DNA of 44,692 nt, counting the filler, from Jimgerdemannia flammicorona (Eukaryota), in NCBI GenBank assembly GCA_003990765.1. It is 2 parts of 2 records of this genome, joined end to end, with 100 filler letters (N's around TTAATTAATTAA, not from the genome) between each part and the next. Parts side by side here need not be neighbours in the genome. Positions count along the whole stretch, not along the records: positions 22,398 to 44,692 come from RBNJ01001309.1; 1 more part is not named here. The stretch is one strand, 5' to 3'. Positions within the stretch are counted from its first letter, which is position 1. Each line of letters begins with the position of its first letter. The position numbers and the translations under genes were made by a program. The notes under the pieces were generated by a model, which was not told the DNA's origin, searched no databases, and was given only the letters and a program-made list of their open reading frames with translations. Shown here one piece after another: positions 24,428-35,362 of the stretch.

Positions 24428-25955
24428 TGTAACAGACCAAAACATACCACCTGAATTATAACTTAGCTAGATGATGCGAACAATTAGCATACTTACTCAG
24501 CATGATGTAACTTCTAGTGAATCATAGTTACTCATGCCCGCCACACTTATAATTAGCCAAGACACCAGATCAGAATTGTTTATCTGTGTCCTGAGGACAC
24601 ACTCATGTCCTGCGGACACACTCATGTCCTGAGGACACACTCATGTCCTGCAGACACACTCATGTCCTGAGGACACACTTATGTCCTGCGGACACACTCA
24701 TGTCCTGTGGACACACCTGTATCCAGAGGACACACCCAAACATTACCGAAGATAGCAAATCTATAGTTAGCCACATAGTAACCAGATAGCAACCAACTTG
24801 TATAAATTACCCCAGAGATGAGAGTGAATAAAACCTCAGTCCGAAATACAAACACCAAAGAAGCCTATAAAGATTGAGCATTGGTCCCCTTTCCACTCTG
24901 GTCCACTTTCCAATACAAAGATTGATTGGTACGCTTGCCAGATAAGCCTGAAGATTTGCCACCTAAGTTCAAGAAGAACTTCACTGCCTTTTGAGTAACC
25001 CACTGCTTAAGGAATAAGCTGCCATTTCCAAGTAATCCTCTGCCTTCCCAAGAAAGCTGCCTTGCTCAAGCCAGTTTCTGATGCAACTTTGCAGTGATTC
25101 ATCATGCAAACGAAGCCAGTCTTTGACCTAACTTTGCCAAGAGACCCTTTCCCAAAGAATGCCGCCAGTAGTTCATATTCACAGTTGAAGCTGCCGATTT
25201 AGAAGAATCTGTGCCACCTGAGTTATTTCCCAGAAGCCTGCTGATTCAGGAAGAATCCACGCCATCTGCCGTTTTCGAGTTACCCATCGCATTCCCAGAA
25301 GAACCCCACCGATTCAGGAAGAATCCATGCCATTGTATTCCCAGTTGAAGCCACCGATTCAGGAAGAATCCACACCACCAAGTTAATTCCCAGTTAAGCT
25401 GCCATTTTCAAAAAGTTCGCTGATCCAAGAAGAATCCGCAATATCTGAGTTATTCGTTGTTCCCAGTGAGTCCATTACAGAAGAATCCACACCATACAAT
25501 TCCCAGTAAGCCAAATCGAGTTGTCTGCCAAATCACTAGAACGTCCGCATAAGGAACCTGCCACACTACACAGAGATTGTCGCACCAAGATCGTCACACA
25601 GAAATTGCATAAGGAGAACTACCAAATTACCAGACCGTCATGCACAGAGATCGTCATGCTACACAAGACCGTCACCTAGAAATCGTATCCCTTTGGAGAT
25701 TGCCTCACTACACAAATTGTGCCATTCCTAATTGACCCAAGAAGAAAAGACACAAATCGCCACTACACCCAGAGAACAGTCCCAATAAGGAAACCACTCA
25801 CAGATATCCAGCTTTGACTATTATACCACTAAACACCAAGGACCTCAGGAATCTTAGAACATTTTGTTGCTTTTTGACAAAGTAACTGGGGGCTCAAGCC
25901 AAACTACATCAACCCCCAACCTTGTAATTTGCCTCCATTGAGCCAGCATATTATA
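24428..25955 (+). repeat. LTR (~1.53 kb)
   Basis: Starts TGTAAC after the PPT and ends CATATTA(C>T)A. TATAAAT at ~24801. Homologous to LTRs at 38473-39780 and 41706-43041. Confidence 0.88.
24587..24735 (+). repeat. 19-bp tandem repeat x8 in LTR U3 (TGTCCTGAGGACACACTCA)
   Basis: Directly visible; each unit holds the inverted repeat TGTCC-N3-GGACA. Confidence 0.9.
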
Positions 25956-26839
25956 ATATAGAATTGATTGGGCAATCAGATAAATATACCCACTACAGCT
26001 TGGATATTAATTTTATTTTTTTCTATTTTCTTTTTGATTTTGTTGTAGTATTTATCTTTTATATATCAATATATGTTTTGAACTTCTGGCTATATAGTAT
26101 ATAGAGGTTGGTAGAAACAACTTTATATTTATGTCAAACAAAAGTTTCAGTTATATTATAAATATATCTTCTTTTTTTAATTTTTCACCCATAATAATTA
26201 CAAATAATATTATCTCTGATCTTAGCACAATATTGTTAGATTTTGGAGTGAGAATTGTATAGAAAGTGTGGAACTATCAAGAATGTTTGACTTGAAGCAT
26301 CATCAGTACTATAAACTGTTGAAGACTGATCTATTGATATGTATGTATATTTGTATATTTATATATATATTTTTGCATATATATATTGTATATATTTAAA
26401 TATGTTTGTGTTTATATATATATATTTGTATATATATATATTTATATAGATATATCTAGTATAAGAGTTATGTAAAGGATTCAGATTAGAGGATTCAGAT
26501 TGATGGATTTGGATTGAATGATTCAGATTGAATGTTTTGGATTGAGTGATTCAGATTGAGTGATTGAATGATTTAGATTGAATGATTCAGATTGAATAAT
26601 TTTGATTGAGTGATTCAGATTGAGTAATTCAGATTGAGTAGTTTAGATTGAGTAGTTTGGATTGAGTGATTCAGATAGAGTAGTTTGGATAGAGTAGTTT
26701 GAATAGAGTGATTCAGTAGAGTAATTTAGATTAATCTAAGTTAATTCAGATTATTTCAGATTTGAGATTTGGGTCAAACTATATATCATGTAATGGATTG
26801 AATCTGGATTTAATTTGAATTGACTTGTTTGGAGTACTA
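25956..26839 (-). mobile_element. Left ~0.9 kb of a second hAT copy, inverted
   Basis: Reverse complement of 28830-~29600 (e.g. AGATAAATATACCCACTACAGCTTGGAT). TIR ends at 26839. Subterminal GATTCAGATTGA repeats at 26478-26760. Confidence 0.88.
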
Positions 26840-27519
26840 GATATAGTCAATTTGAGATGGATCTTATAAATTTGTGCATAACTTATAATTATGTTCTTGA
26901 TGAATTCTATATATTAGTCAGAGATAGGTTCTTCTGGAGGTCTATATCTGAGTGTGAGTCTATAGAGAAGGCCTCAATGGTCAAGACATCAGTGATTTCT
27001 ATTGGGAAAGCTTCAGGCTACTTGGTCAGATATTCTACAAATATAAGGATATATTTGTTTCTTCTTAGTGTGACTGATAGGGGTCCAATTATATCTATAC
27101 TCTATCTCTGAAAGATATTGTCTAGTGTGTAGTAGTGCTTAATAGTTCTTTCTTTCTTAATACTTCTGATAGGTATTATATTTCTTGAATATATTTCAGA
27201 CTTATATTCATTGAGCCAATATTGGTATGTTGTTTATAACTTTTCTTCTATATTCACCTGTTCTTGGTGGACTTTCTGATATTCTTTTCAGATGAGATCT
27301 TTTTGTGCAGTTTGAATGATTAGTGATATACTTGCTGAGGGGTATTCTTTTTAATATAGTTAATCTGAAGGAGATATACTTCCTTCTTATCTGATCTTCC
27401 AAATTCTTCAGCTTGCCTTGTTCCTTTAGTTAGTTTGGAGACTTCTTGTAATTAGAAGGTCTTGACTTCCATGAAGACTGCTTGAGCATCTTCTGTACTC
27501 TAAGAATTTGGTACCATTC

Positions 27520-27752
27520 TACTACTATTATGTAGGATAATCTTGATTTTACCTATATATCCTAGATCTATAGTTCCTCTTTCTACAGATACTCCTTATC
27601 TGGTAAGTACAGACCTTGAGGTTAGTTGGATGTAAGTTCCTTTGGGTGACTATATGGCTAGTCTGGTTCTGAATACTAATGTTCTTTCAGGCTTGATGAG
27701 TTCATCCTCCAAACTGTAGAGATTATACCCTATATCTTCTTAGTGAGCTTTG
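27520..27752 (-). pseudogene. dUTPase domain remnant (second Gypsy family)
   Basis: KAH*EDIGYNL (AGYDL motif 1) ... PKGTYIQLTSRSVLTR*GVSVERGTIDLGYIGKIKIILHN (motifs 2 and 3). Confidence 0.83.
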
Positions 27753-29199
27753 ATTAGAGGTCTGGTCTTTGGATATAGCAGAACATACTGGGCAATATTC
27801 TTGCTGAGTTTGGGCTATCCTTGGGCTGAAGCTCCACTGGCAGGAAGTCTTCAAGCTCTGATATTGTGGTTCAGCTATCTGGCTCCAGTAGAGAGATCTC
27901 AGAGGTAATTGATTTCTCTTTTTTCTATATAGTCTAGGGCTTCCATAAAATTGATAGCATCTTCTACCCATCCTTAACAGATTGCATATCTGATAAGAGC
28001 TAGAATATCTTCTTCCAAATCATAGATCTTGAGGGTTCTTCTTTTCAAATCTAAGTTCTATTATCTCCTCTCTTTAGAGTATAGACTATAATATCCTGGC
28101 TGAGATAGATCTTCTGGTGTCTACAGTCTTGAGTCTGGGTATCTTCTATGGTTGCAATATCTCATTACTCAAAAATGCTATTCCTGACTATTAATCTTCT
28201 ATTGTCTTGGAAATTAGTATCTATCTTGGTCATAGATTGGGGGACGAGTGGCTAAGGAATATACTTCTATTCAGGTAAAGTGACCTTATCCTCTAAATTG
28301 ACTTTATAACCTTGTGGTGACTTCTTGGAAGGTAGTTGACTATGCAATTATAGTTGAGAGTTCTGGTCTTTGGGGTCTCTGTCTTTCTTATTGATCCAAT
28401 AGATGGTACTGATAGCAGTAGTCTCAGGGAGAGTGAAAGACCATTTGATGTGGACATCTTTCTAGCCAAAAGACTTTTTTCTGATATGTTTGTCACTTTG
28501 GGATAATGGCGATTTTACTGATTCCTTCTTCAATATTCCAAAGGTCATTGTCATCAGGTGGTGTCCAGTAAGGATAATCTTAGGGAATAAGAATAGATAT
28601 CTCTTCTTCTTTGAGTACTTCTTGTTCAGAAACCTCCTGTTCAGGGGTTTCTTCTTCCTTGGATGATTCTTGATCCCAAATTGCTTGGACTTCTACAGCT
28701 TTGACTTCAGGTGTCTGAAATATATCTGCACTTCTTCTTTTTCCTTCTATACTCAGAGCAGGCTATGCTAGGTAAATTCCTTGTTCCAATGATCTTAGAT
28801 GAGTGTTCAGGGCACTTGTGTCTTTTGAGTAGTACTCTGAATGAGTCAATTCAAATCAAATCCAGATTCAATTTGTCACATGACAGTTATCTGAATCTCA
28901 AATATGAAGCCATCTGAATCAACTTAGATTAATCCAAATCACTCCATCTGAATCACTCCATCTGAATTATCCATCCAAACCACTCTAATCCAAATCACTC
29001 AATCTGAATCCTCTAATTCAAATCCTCCAATTTGAATCCTTCAATTCAAATCCTTCAATCTGAATCCTCATCTGAATTCTTCAAATGAATCCTTCAATCC
29101 AAATCCTCCACATAACTCATATGCCACATATATCTATATATACAATACATACATATATAAAACATATATATATATATACAAATATGCAAACATATATGT

Positions 29200-31794
29200 T
29201 GACAGATCAGTCTTCAACAGTTCACAGTACTGATGATGCTTCAAGTCAAACATCTCTGATAGTTCTATACCTTCTATACAATCCTCACTCCAAAATCTGG
29301 TAACATTGTGCTAAGATAAGAGATGATGTTATTTATAATTATTGTAGGTAAAAAATTAAGACACATTTATTGATATAACTGATACTTTTATTTAATATAT
29401 ATGTACATGATACTGTTTCATCCACCCCCATAAACTGCACTAGTCAGAAGTATAAAATGCTTAGTGGTATAACTTTAAACATATATCAACACATAAAAGA
29501 CAAGCACTCTGACAAAATAAAAAAGAATACAGAGACAAATAAAATTAACATCCAAGCTGTAGTGGGTATATTTATCTGATTGCCTGACCATTTCTGTACC
29601 AATAACCCTATTTAATCAAAAATATTTAGCCATACTCTTTGGTAGAATTTCAAAATCAGTTCATTTTCTGGATTGTGTGCACAGATCAGCCATTCACAAC
29701 CATCGAGAGTGATCAATTGCATAGCATCTTTGGCCTTCTCAAGCATGATTTATATTTGCCAAGTACCAATACTATTCACAAAGATGTCCTGGAGGCCTAT
29801 AGGAAGGAGCATGACAATCTTCGCCAGATACTTCAGATAAAATAAGGACAGTACTATGACCTTTGCAAGCTGAATTATATATATTTTTTTATAAAAAGCT
29901 CACCAATTTAACCTCACATTCAATAAGCAGAATTCAGTAGGCAAAATTTTATTTATGATTGACACATGGATATCTCTCAATATAATTTCATTTCTGGGCA
30001 TTACTGGTTATTGGATTGATCTTGATTGGCAGTTTAAATCTCTCACCCTTGACTTTGTCAAACTAGCTGGCCCTTATTCTGAAGACAATATTGCAGATGC
30101 TTTTATTAGTTATATTTGAGAGCTTGGGATCACAACCAAGGTGAAAAAGGGGGGTTTGCCATCAGGTCAGCATTTTGAGGAAGGTCCTAAAACAAAACAG
30201 ATTTTATTGGTTATTTATGTTCACATAAATTTGCTGACTGAATATTCCAAGTATAGATTTTGGTCATTATGACAAATAATACTACAAACAACTCAACATT
30301 TTTCCAAGTTTTAGTAGCCAGCCTCAAACAGGAAAATATGGCCTTCAGTACAGAAAGCTACTATGTATGATGCTAGACCTATATACTGAACTTTGCTATT
30401 CAGGACTATCTTATATATATAGACAAACATCTGAGAGAGGAGGGGCCCTGAGTATAATTTCCAAGCTATGCAAACTGGTTGTGTTGGTCTGATTATCCTC
30501 ACAATGACAAGACAAATTCACTGCATAGTATAGAGCAATCAGTTTAGCCTCAAAAGAGCTTATATTGAATGTCTGTATACATTAGAACTCAACATTTGCA
30601 ATGATCTAGTATATACTGGAGTTTGGTGAAGTATGTGTCTTTTTTTTTTTTCAGTTGGCTGAAGCAACTTGTTTTGAATGATTGAAGATTTATTTTTTTA
30701 AAAAAAAAAAAGAAACAAAAAAAGCCAATAGATTCAATAGTGGCTGCTGACAAGGAAATATGCAGTGAGGCTCTAGGTGAAAAGTGAGTGAGACATACTT
30801 AGGAATGTTGTCAGAGTTTTGGAAGTAAGTGGTGATTGCTCTGGCTCTATACTCATTTTGTCTGCCTCCAAACTTGTTTTGTCTGCCTCTGCACAATATA
30901 ATATCTCACCACATATAACTGTCAGTATTTTGATGATTATATGAAGGATATAGTCAAACAAATGACCCTGAAAATAAGCTCTGCAATACCAGTATACAAT
31001 CTTCTAATTGACTGGCTAGAGGACAAGCTAAAGGGTGGCAGTAATTTATAGTTAAGCCTGGATCAGAGGGATGTCATAGAGGTTGCTCTAAGCAAGCTCA
31101 GAAAATACTACTCCAAAACAGATACCACCATATACTCAATCAGTATCAGTATGTCAGCATGTGGCCATTACTTCTTCCAAAACAGAGAAACCCCTATAAA
31201 AACTCACTCTTCTTTTCTTTGAACAGTGCTGGACCCATGCTTAAAGCTACAATATTATAAAGATCAGGGCTGGGAGCAGCACTTCATTGAGAGAACCAAG
31301 CAGACCATAATCGAAGTATATCAGAAAAACTATGTACTACCACAAGGTTCTGGCCAAAGTCTAGACAAATATACCAAGTGATCCCTCCTATCCCACATTT
31401 ACTTTAGCAGAAAGAAGAAGAGGGAGCCATCAGTAGAAGAGCTGCTGTCAATAAATGAACTTATCATTTATCTTACCAGCAACCATAGGATTCTGCTGGA
31501 GAGTACAGAGGTACTCAACTGGTGGAAGTGGAGTTGTCAGGTGGGCATTGGGCCAATTTAACCTATCAATCTAACCACCATTCTATCCACCAGGGCATAT
31601 AGCTACATCAAAAAGACTTCCTCAGCCTATATGATATAGCTCAGGACTACTTGGTAATTCCTGCCTCCAATGCTCCCATCAAGCAGGTGTTCTCAGATAG
31701 GGTAGACCTCATTGCCCCAAAGAGGTATATACTAAATACTGAGACAATATGGACATATATGTATCTAAAGTCTTGGTGGGGCTTGGGCCACTAA
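29200..31794 (+). pseudogene. hAT transposase, multi-exon, degenerate
   Basis: SKIW*H (BED-like) ~29290; DQPFTTIES; GKILFMIDTWIS...FLGITGYWID; IMTNNTTNN (from TDNAxN); C*TYILNFAIQ (CxxH); dimerisation domain VLNWWK, AQDYLVIPASNAPIKQVFS, MYLKSWW. GT-AG introns between blocks. Confidence 0.92.
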
Positions 31795-31936
31795 ATTTGG
31801 CAGGTCCTGGGAGTTTGTGGATAAGTTGGTCGGCCTTATAGAATATTTAATACCTTTCAAAAATAATAAAAGAGAAAAAAAAACCTGAGAACTTGGTCCA
31901 GAGTTTGTGGCCCAAGTCAGGCAGTAGTTAGTAGGG

Positions 31937-32364
31937 AAAGGGGGGAGGTGGGGAGAGCTCTGCTGTAGGCTGGTTGAAGGGGTAGGAGATGAATGGCTGA
32001 CCATCAGTTGGGCTCTAGCTATATGGGTTGGAATGGCTGGGCACTGGATATATGTATTTGAAGAGAGTCGGCAGGTTGGGGATAGGGTGACACATTGGGA
32101 ATAGTTACTACTGGATATTTTGAATGGCTGGTGGCAAGGGTGGGGGCCCAGTGGGGGGGGTCGCAGGGGCTTGATACAGTGTATCTCACAGAAGAGTGGT
32201 AGGAGGATTCAGGTGGTAGGTAACTGGGTTGTCCTCTGACAAGAGGGTGTAGAGAGTGGGGGAGTGGATCCAAGGGATATTGGTTAAGGGGGTGGAGTGA
32301 TATTGTATTATTATTATTATAGATGGCAATAATAAAGGAAAGTCCAAGTGACTATAAAAATAAA

Positions 32365-32404
<40 letters not shown>
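31937..32404 (+). mobile_element. 5'-truncated LINE copy with long poly(A), nested in the hAT
   Basis: WALAIWVGMAGHWI matches the ORF2 C-terminus. 3' end AGTCCAAGTGACTATA(A)n. Candidate decayed 16-bp TSD at 31921-31936 and 32408-32423 (3 transitions). Confidence 0.85.
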
Positions 32405-32406
<2 letters not shown>

Positions 32407-32439
32407 TGCAGTGGTCAGCAGGGTTGGTGGCAGTAGTAG

Positions 32440-32890
32440 AGAGAGTGTACAAAATTTGTGGCCCTCTGCTGGCAGCAAGAGGCAGCCCCAAGCTATCAGT
32501 GCCTGGGTCAGTGGGCAGATTGGTGGATGGGCACAGGGTTGATAGAGAGAGCATGCAAAATTTGTGACCCTTTGCTGACAGCAATAGATAGCCCCAAGCA
32601 GTAAGTGTCTGGGATCAGGGGGCTAGCAGAGGGGGGGGTAGGTGAAGGGAGTGTGCAAAATTTGCAGCCCTCCACTAGCAGCAAGGGGCAGCCCCAAGCT
32701 GTCAGCACCCAGGTCAGTGGGTGGGGTCAGTGGGTGCTGGGTCAGTAGAGGGAGCATGCAAAATTTGTATCCCTCTACTAGCAGCAAAAGGCAGCCCCAA
32801 GCTACAAGAGTCCTGGATGGACAGGGCAGAGAGAGTGTGTACAAAATTTGTAGCCCTCTATCAGCAGTATTGGGACAGCCCCAAGTCACC
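32440..32890. repeat. Five-copy array of a ~45-bp core with variable G-rich spacers
   Basis: CAAAATTTG...GCAGCAA...CAGCCCCAAG cores start at 32450, 32556, 32656, 32759 and 32842. Confidence 0.85.
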
Positions 32891-33250
32891 AAAGAGTTCG
32901 AGTCTGGGTCAGAGAGTGCTTCTGGTGGTCAGAGGGTGCTTCTGGCAGTCAAAGGGTACTTCAGACAGTTGAAGTTCACTACATATTTGGACCTCATCAC
33001 CAGTTCGGGTTCCACAGACACCCTGGTCCTGTGCCACAGTTCTGTATCAGCAGTACTATAGAGCAGGACCAAGGGGTCAGTAGGGCCTGGCATAATAGCT
33101 AAACTAGTGCTATAAAAGGAGGTGCCTGGCCTAACTCCCCACAAAAGACTGCCCAACCCAAACAAAATGACTGCTGAACCCTTATGAAAGATTGCCTAAC
33201 CCTCATGAAAGATTGCCTAACCCTCACAAAAACTGCTCCACCCACTAGTC

Positions 33251-35362
33251 TCAGGCCTTGATGAGCCTATTATCTATTGTAAGTATGATGACTATTGTGT
33301 CCAAGCTCTCCTCAAAGGTGATGGTGCCATGGTAGTCATGTGGTTGAAATAGGATGGCCATGTTGGCTGTAAACAGGACCCCAAAACCATAGGTAAGGTC
33401 ATACCAGACTCTACTGCTATCCTCCCAGGTTGGGCCCTTCCTTTCCAGGATGTAAAACATTACTGAGATGACATTGTTATCTGTGTATGTGAGTAGAGAA
33501 ATATTGCACCTGATTTATTCTGATGTGATATGAGTATATGGTTGGGTGAACCCTGGGTCCAGGATCTCATACTGCCAGGCTGTGCTGGTAGATGCCTGCT
33601 CTTGATCTAGCCTCAGGAGCTCCAGCTTAGAAACCTGCCAAAATAGATGGCAACCAGTCAGTCCTTTTTATGTATAGGGGGCAGAATTCCCATGGGCTAC
33701 AGAAACTCCTGAGCTGTAGTATATACAAAAGAAGCAGAGCTTCTCACCTCATATAGTATGCTAAATTGCACCACAAATATATATATAGCCATACCAAGAT
33801 CACCATCAAGCTGGCCTGCCATATGCTCTACCAATCTGCTCAAAGAACCCCAGATCATAGCTACTATTACTGCACAGGCCATATTATGCTCATATGTAGT
33901 TTGCTCTTTGATGGTACTTCTAAAGTTCTGGTAGGGGTACAGAATCTTGTGCATCTCTGGATTTGTATCAAAAAGAGTATGATGGTATAGAGAATAATTA
34001 TCTGGGGAGGAGAACCAAAAAAAAATAAATAAAATAAAAGGGAGATAAGTGTGGAGGATTTCAGAACTCTGGAACCCACCCTTTGCCAATGTTATAGTAT
34101 ACCCAATTCCCATCCAAACCCCCCCTCCTTACTTTTTTCACCCTCTCTTTTCTGCTACCTGGTATTTGATGCAATCCACATAAACCTTATTTATATGGTA
34201 GTAAAGCTTATCACTATAGAGATTCCTTACCACCATCACAACCACCTCTCCATAATTGTTAATAATAATATAGTTCTCTTCATTGTTGATTACTCCTGCT
34301 GGCCAATGGACCCCTTGGTCAAGAATGATTGGTTCTGATTTGAATATAGACCCCCAAGCCTTGATGATGATGCTGATACTGCTTATGCTGAACATCTTGC
34401 TCTCAAACTTCTCTATTTGATCAGATACCAGATGTAGATAAACTTAGATAACTTTGAACTCTCCTTTCCAATGAAACTGAGCCCTGATCTGAGGGGCCAA
34501 GATAAGTATGCAGATAGGTTGTATGTAGATGGATTGTGTGCAGATAGGTTATATGCAGATGGGTTGCATGTAGATGGGTTATATGTGGATGGGTTGCATG
34601 TAGACAGATTGTATGCAGATGGGTTGTATGTGGATGGATTGTGTGTAGATGAGTTGTATACAGATGAGTTATGTGTGAACAGGTTGTATGTGGACAGGTT
34701 ATATACAGACAGGTTACATGTGGATATCATGTGGGGGTTTTTAGGGGAGACTATATAAAAATGAAGTTAAATAAAACATGGAGATGGGTATTTCAGAAAA
34801 AGAGTGTGAGTGAGTGAGTGAGTTGCATGCCAATGAGTTGTATGAGTTGCACAAGATTGCTTACAAAGACTTACTTCTATTCCTTTTGAGACCTCTGCCA
34901 CACAATACATTGACTCAATAGCTCAGCCACCAAAGGCATGCCCTGTAACATCCACTAGCCTTTCTTCATCTTGACAAGATATTGTGAATAAATTTGGCAG
35001 ATCTCACCATAGAGCTGTGGACTCTAAGAAAAGTATGAGGTGAATTGGATCATGCTGGGGGAAATTAAAAAAGTAAATATAAGTAAACAAGTGGCAGAAT
35101 GAGCAACCTACATCTACTATTGACTGCTCCAAAAAGGCTACCATATACATAGCTGTGAGGTCTGTGAATTCCAAGATCTGAAGGGCCACCATGAGTTATT
35201 GCCAGAATTCCCCCTCATTCCTGCCATCACTACCACCATTGTCACTACTATTACTACTGCTATTGCCACTGCCATCACCCCTTTGGCTCTTGATGAAAAG
35301 AATCTAACATTGTCAGCAGAGAGTGCATTTCTATCTTGAATACTCCTACTTTTGATGATCAT
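33251..35362 (-). pseudogene. Putative TET/JBP-like Fe(II) dioxygenase cargo gene, multi-exon, degenerate
   Basis: C-terminal exon NISLLT-YTD-NNVISVMFYILERKGPTWEDSSRVWYDLTYGFGVLFTANMAILFQPHDY-HGT...IDNRL*. TAC at 33485-33487 is one C>T from CAC, which would give HxD. Upstream blocks IIINNYGEVVVMVVRNL and GVWMGIGY. Intron-like GT...polyY-AG segments at ~34000-34079 and ~34751-34875. 5' end uncertain. Confidence 0.62.
34507..34725 (-). repeat. 15-bp tandem repeat (~14 units) reading NPS(T/A)(Y/H/C) in the cargo gene
   Basis: GATGGGTTGTATGTA-type units; open on the minus strand (ORF 34413-34730) just after a splice acceptor. Confidence 0.85.

Larger units (their letters stand above)
22398..25955 (+). 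mobile_element. Gypsy 3' half: RNase H, integrase, extra ORF, PPT, 3' LTR; apparently nested in a minus-strand hAT copy
   Basis: PFILYTDASKDGLGAVLAQ, LECLAVIWAV and TDHAAL; integrase ISDQDTEF, YHPQTNGMTERMN and KLEPKWKGPY. PPT AGTGGGGGCTGA precedes TGTAAC at 24428. hAT sequence resumes at 25956. Confidence 0.93.

Noticed and set aside
22099..26839. Inverted hAT termini at 22099 and 26839 as one element
   Set aside because: Both are left-type ends, the flanking 8-mers differ (CTTAGCAG vs GATATAGT), the hosts differ, and a gap lies between them.
32440..32890. CRISPR-like repeat/spacer appearance (also the 19-bp array at 24587)
   Set aside because: Eukaryotic transposon context, degenerate repeats, mutually similar spacers and no cas genes.
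34471..34758. + strand ORF with DGLYV repeats
   Set aside because: It is the antisense reading of the 15-bp repeat; splice signals and neighbouring exons favour the minus strand.
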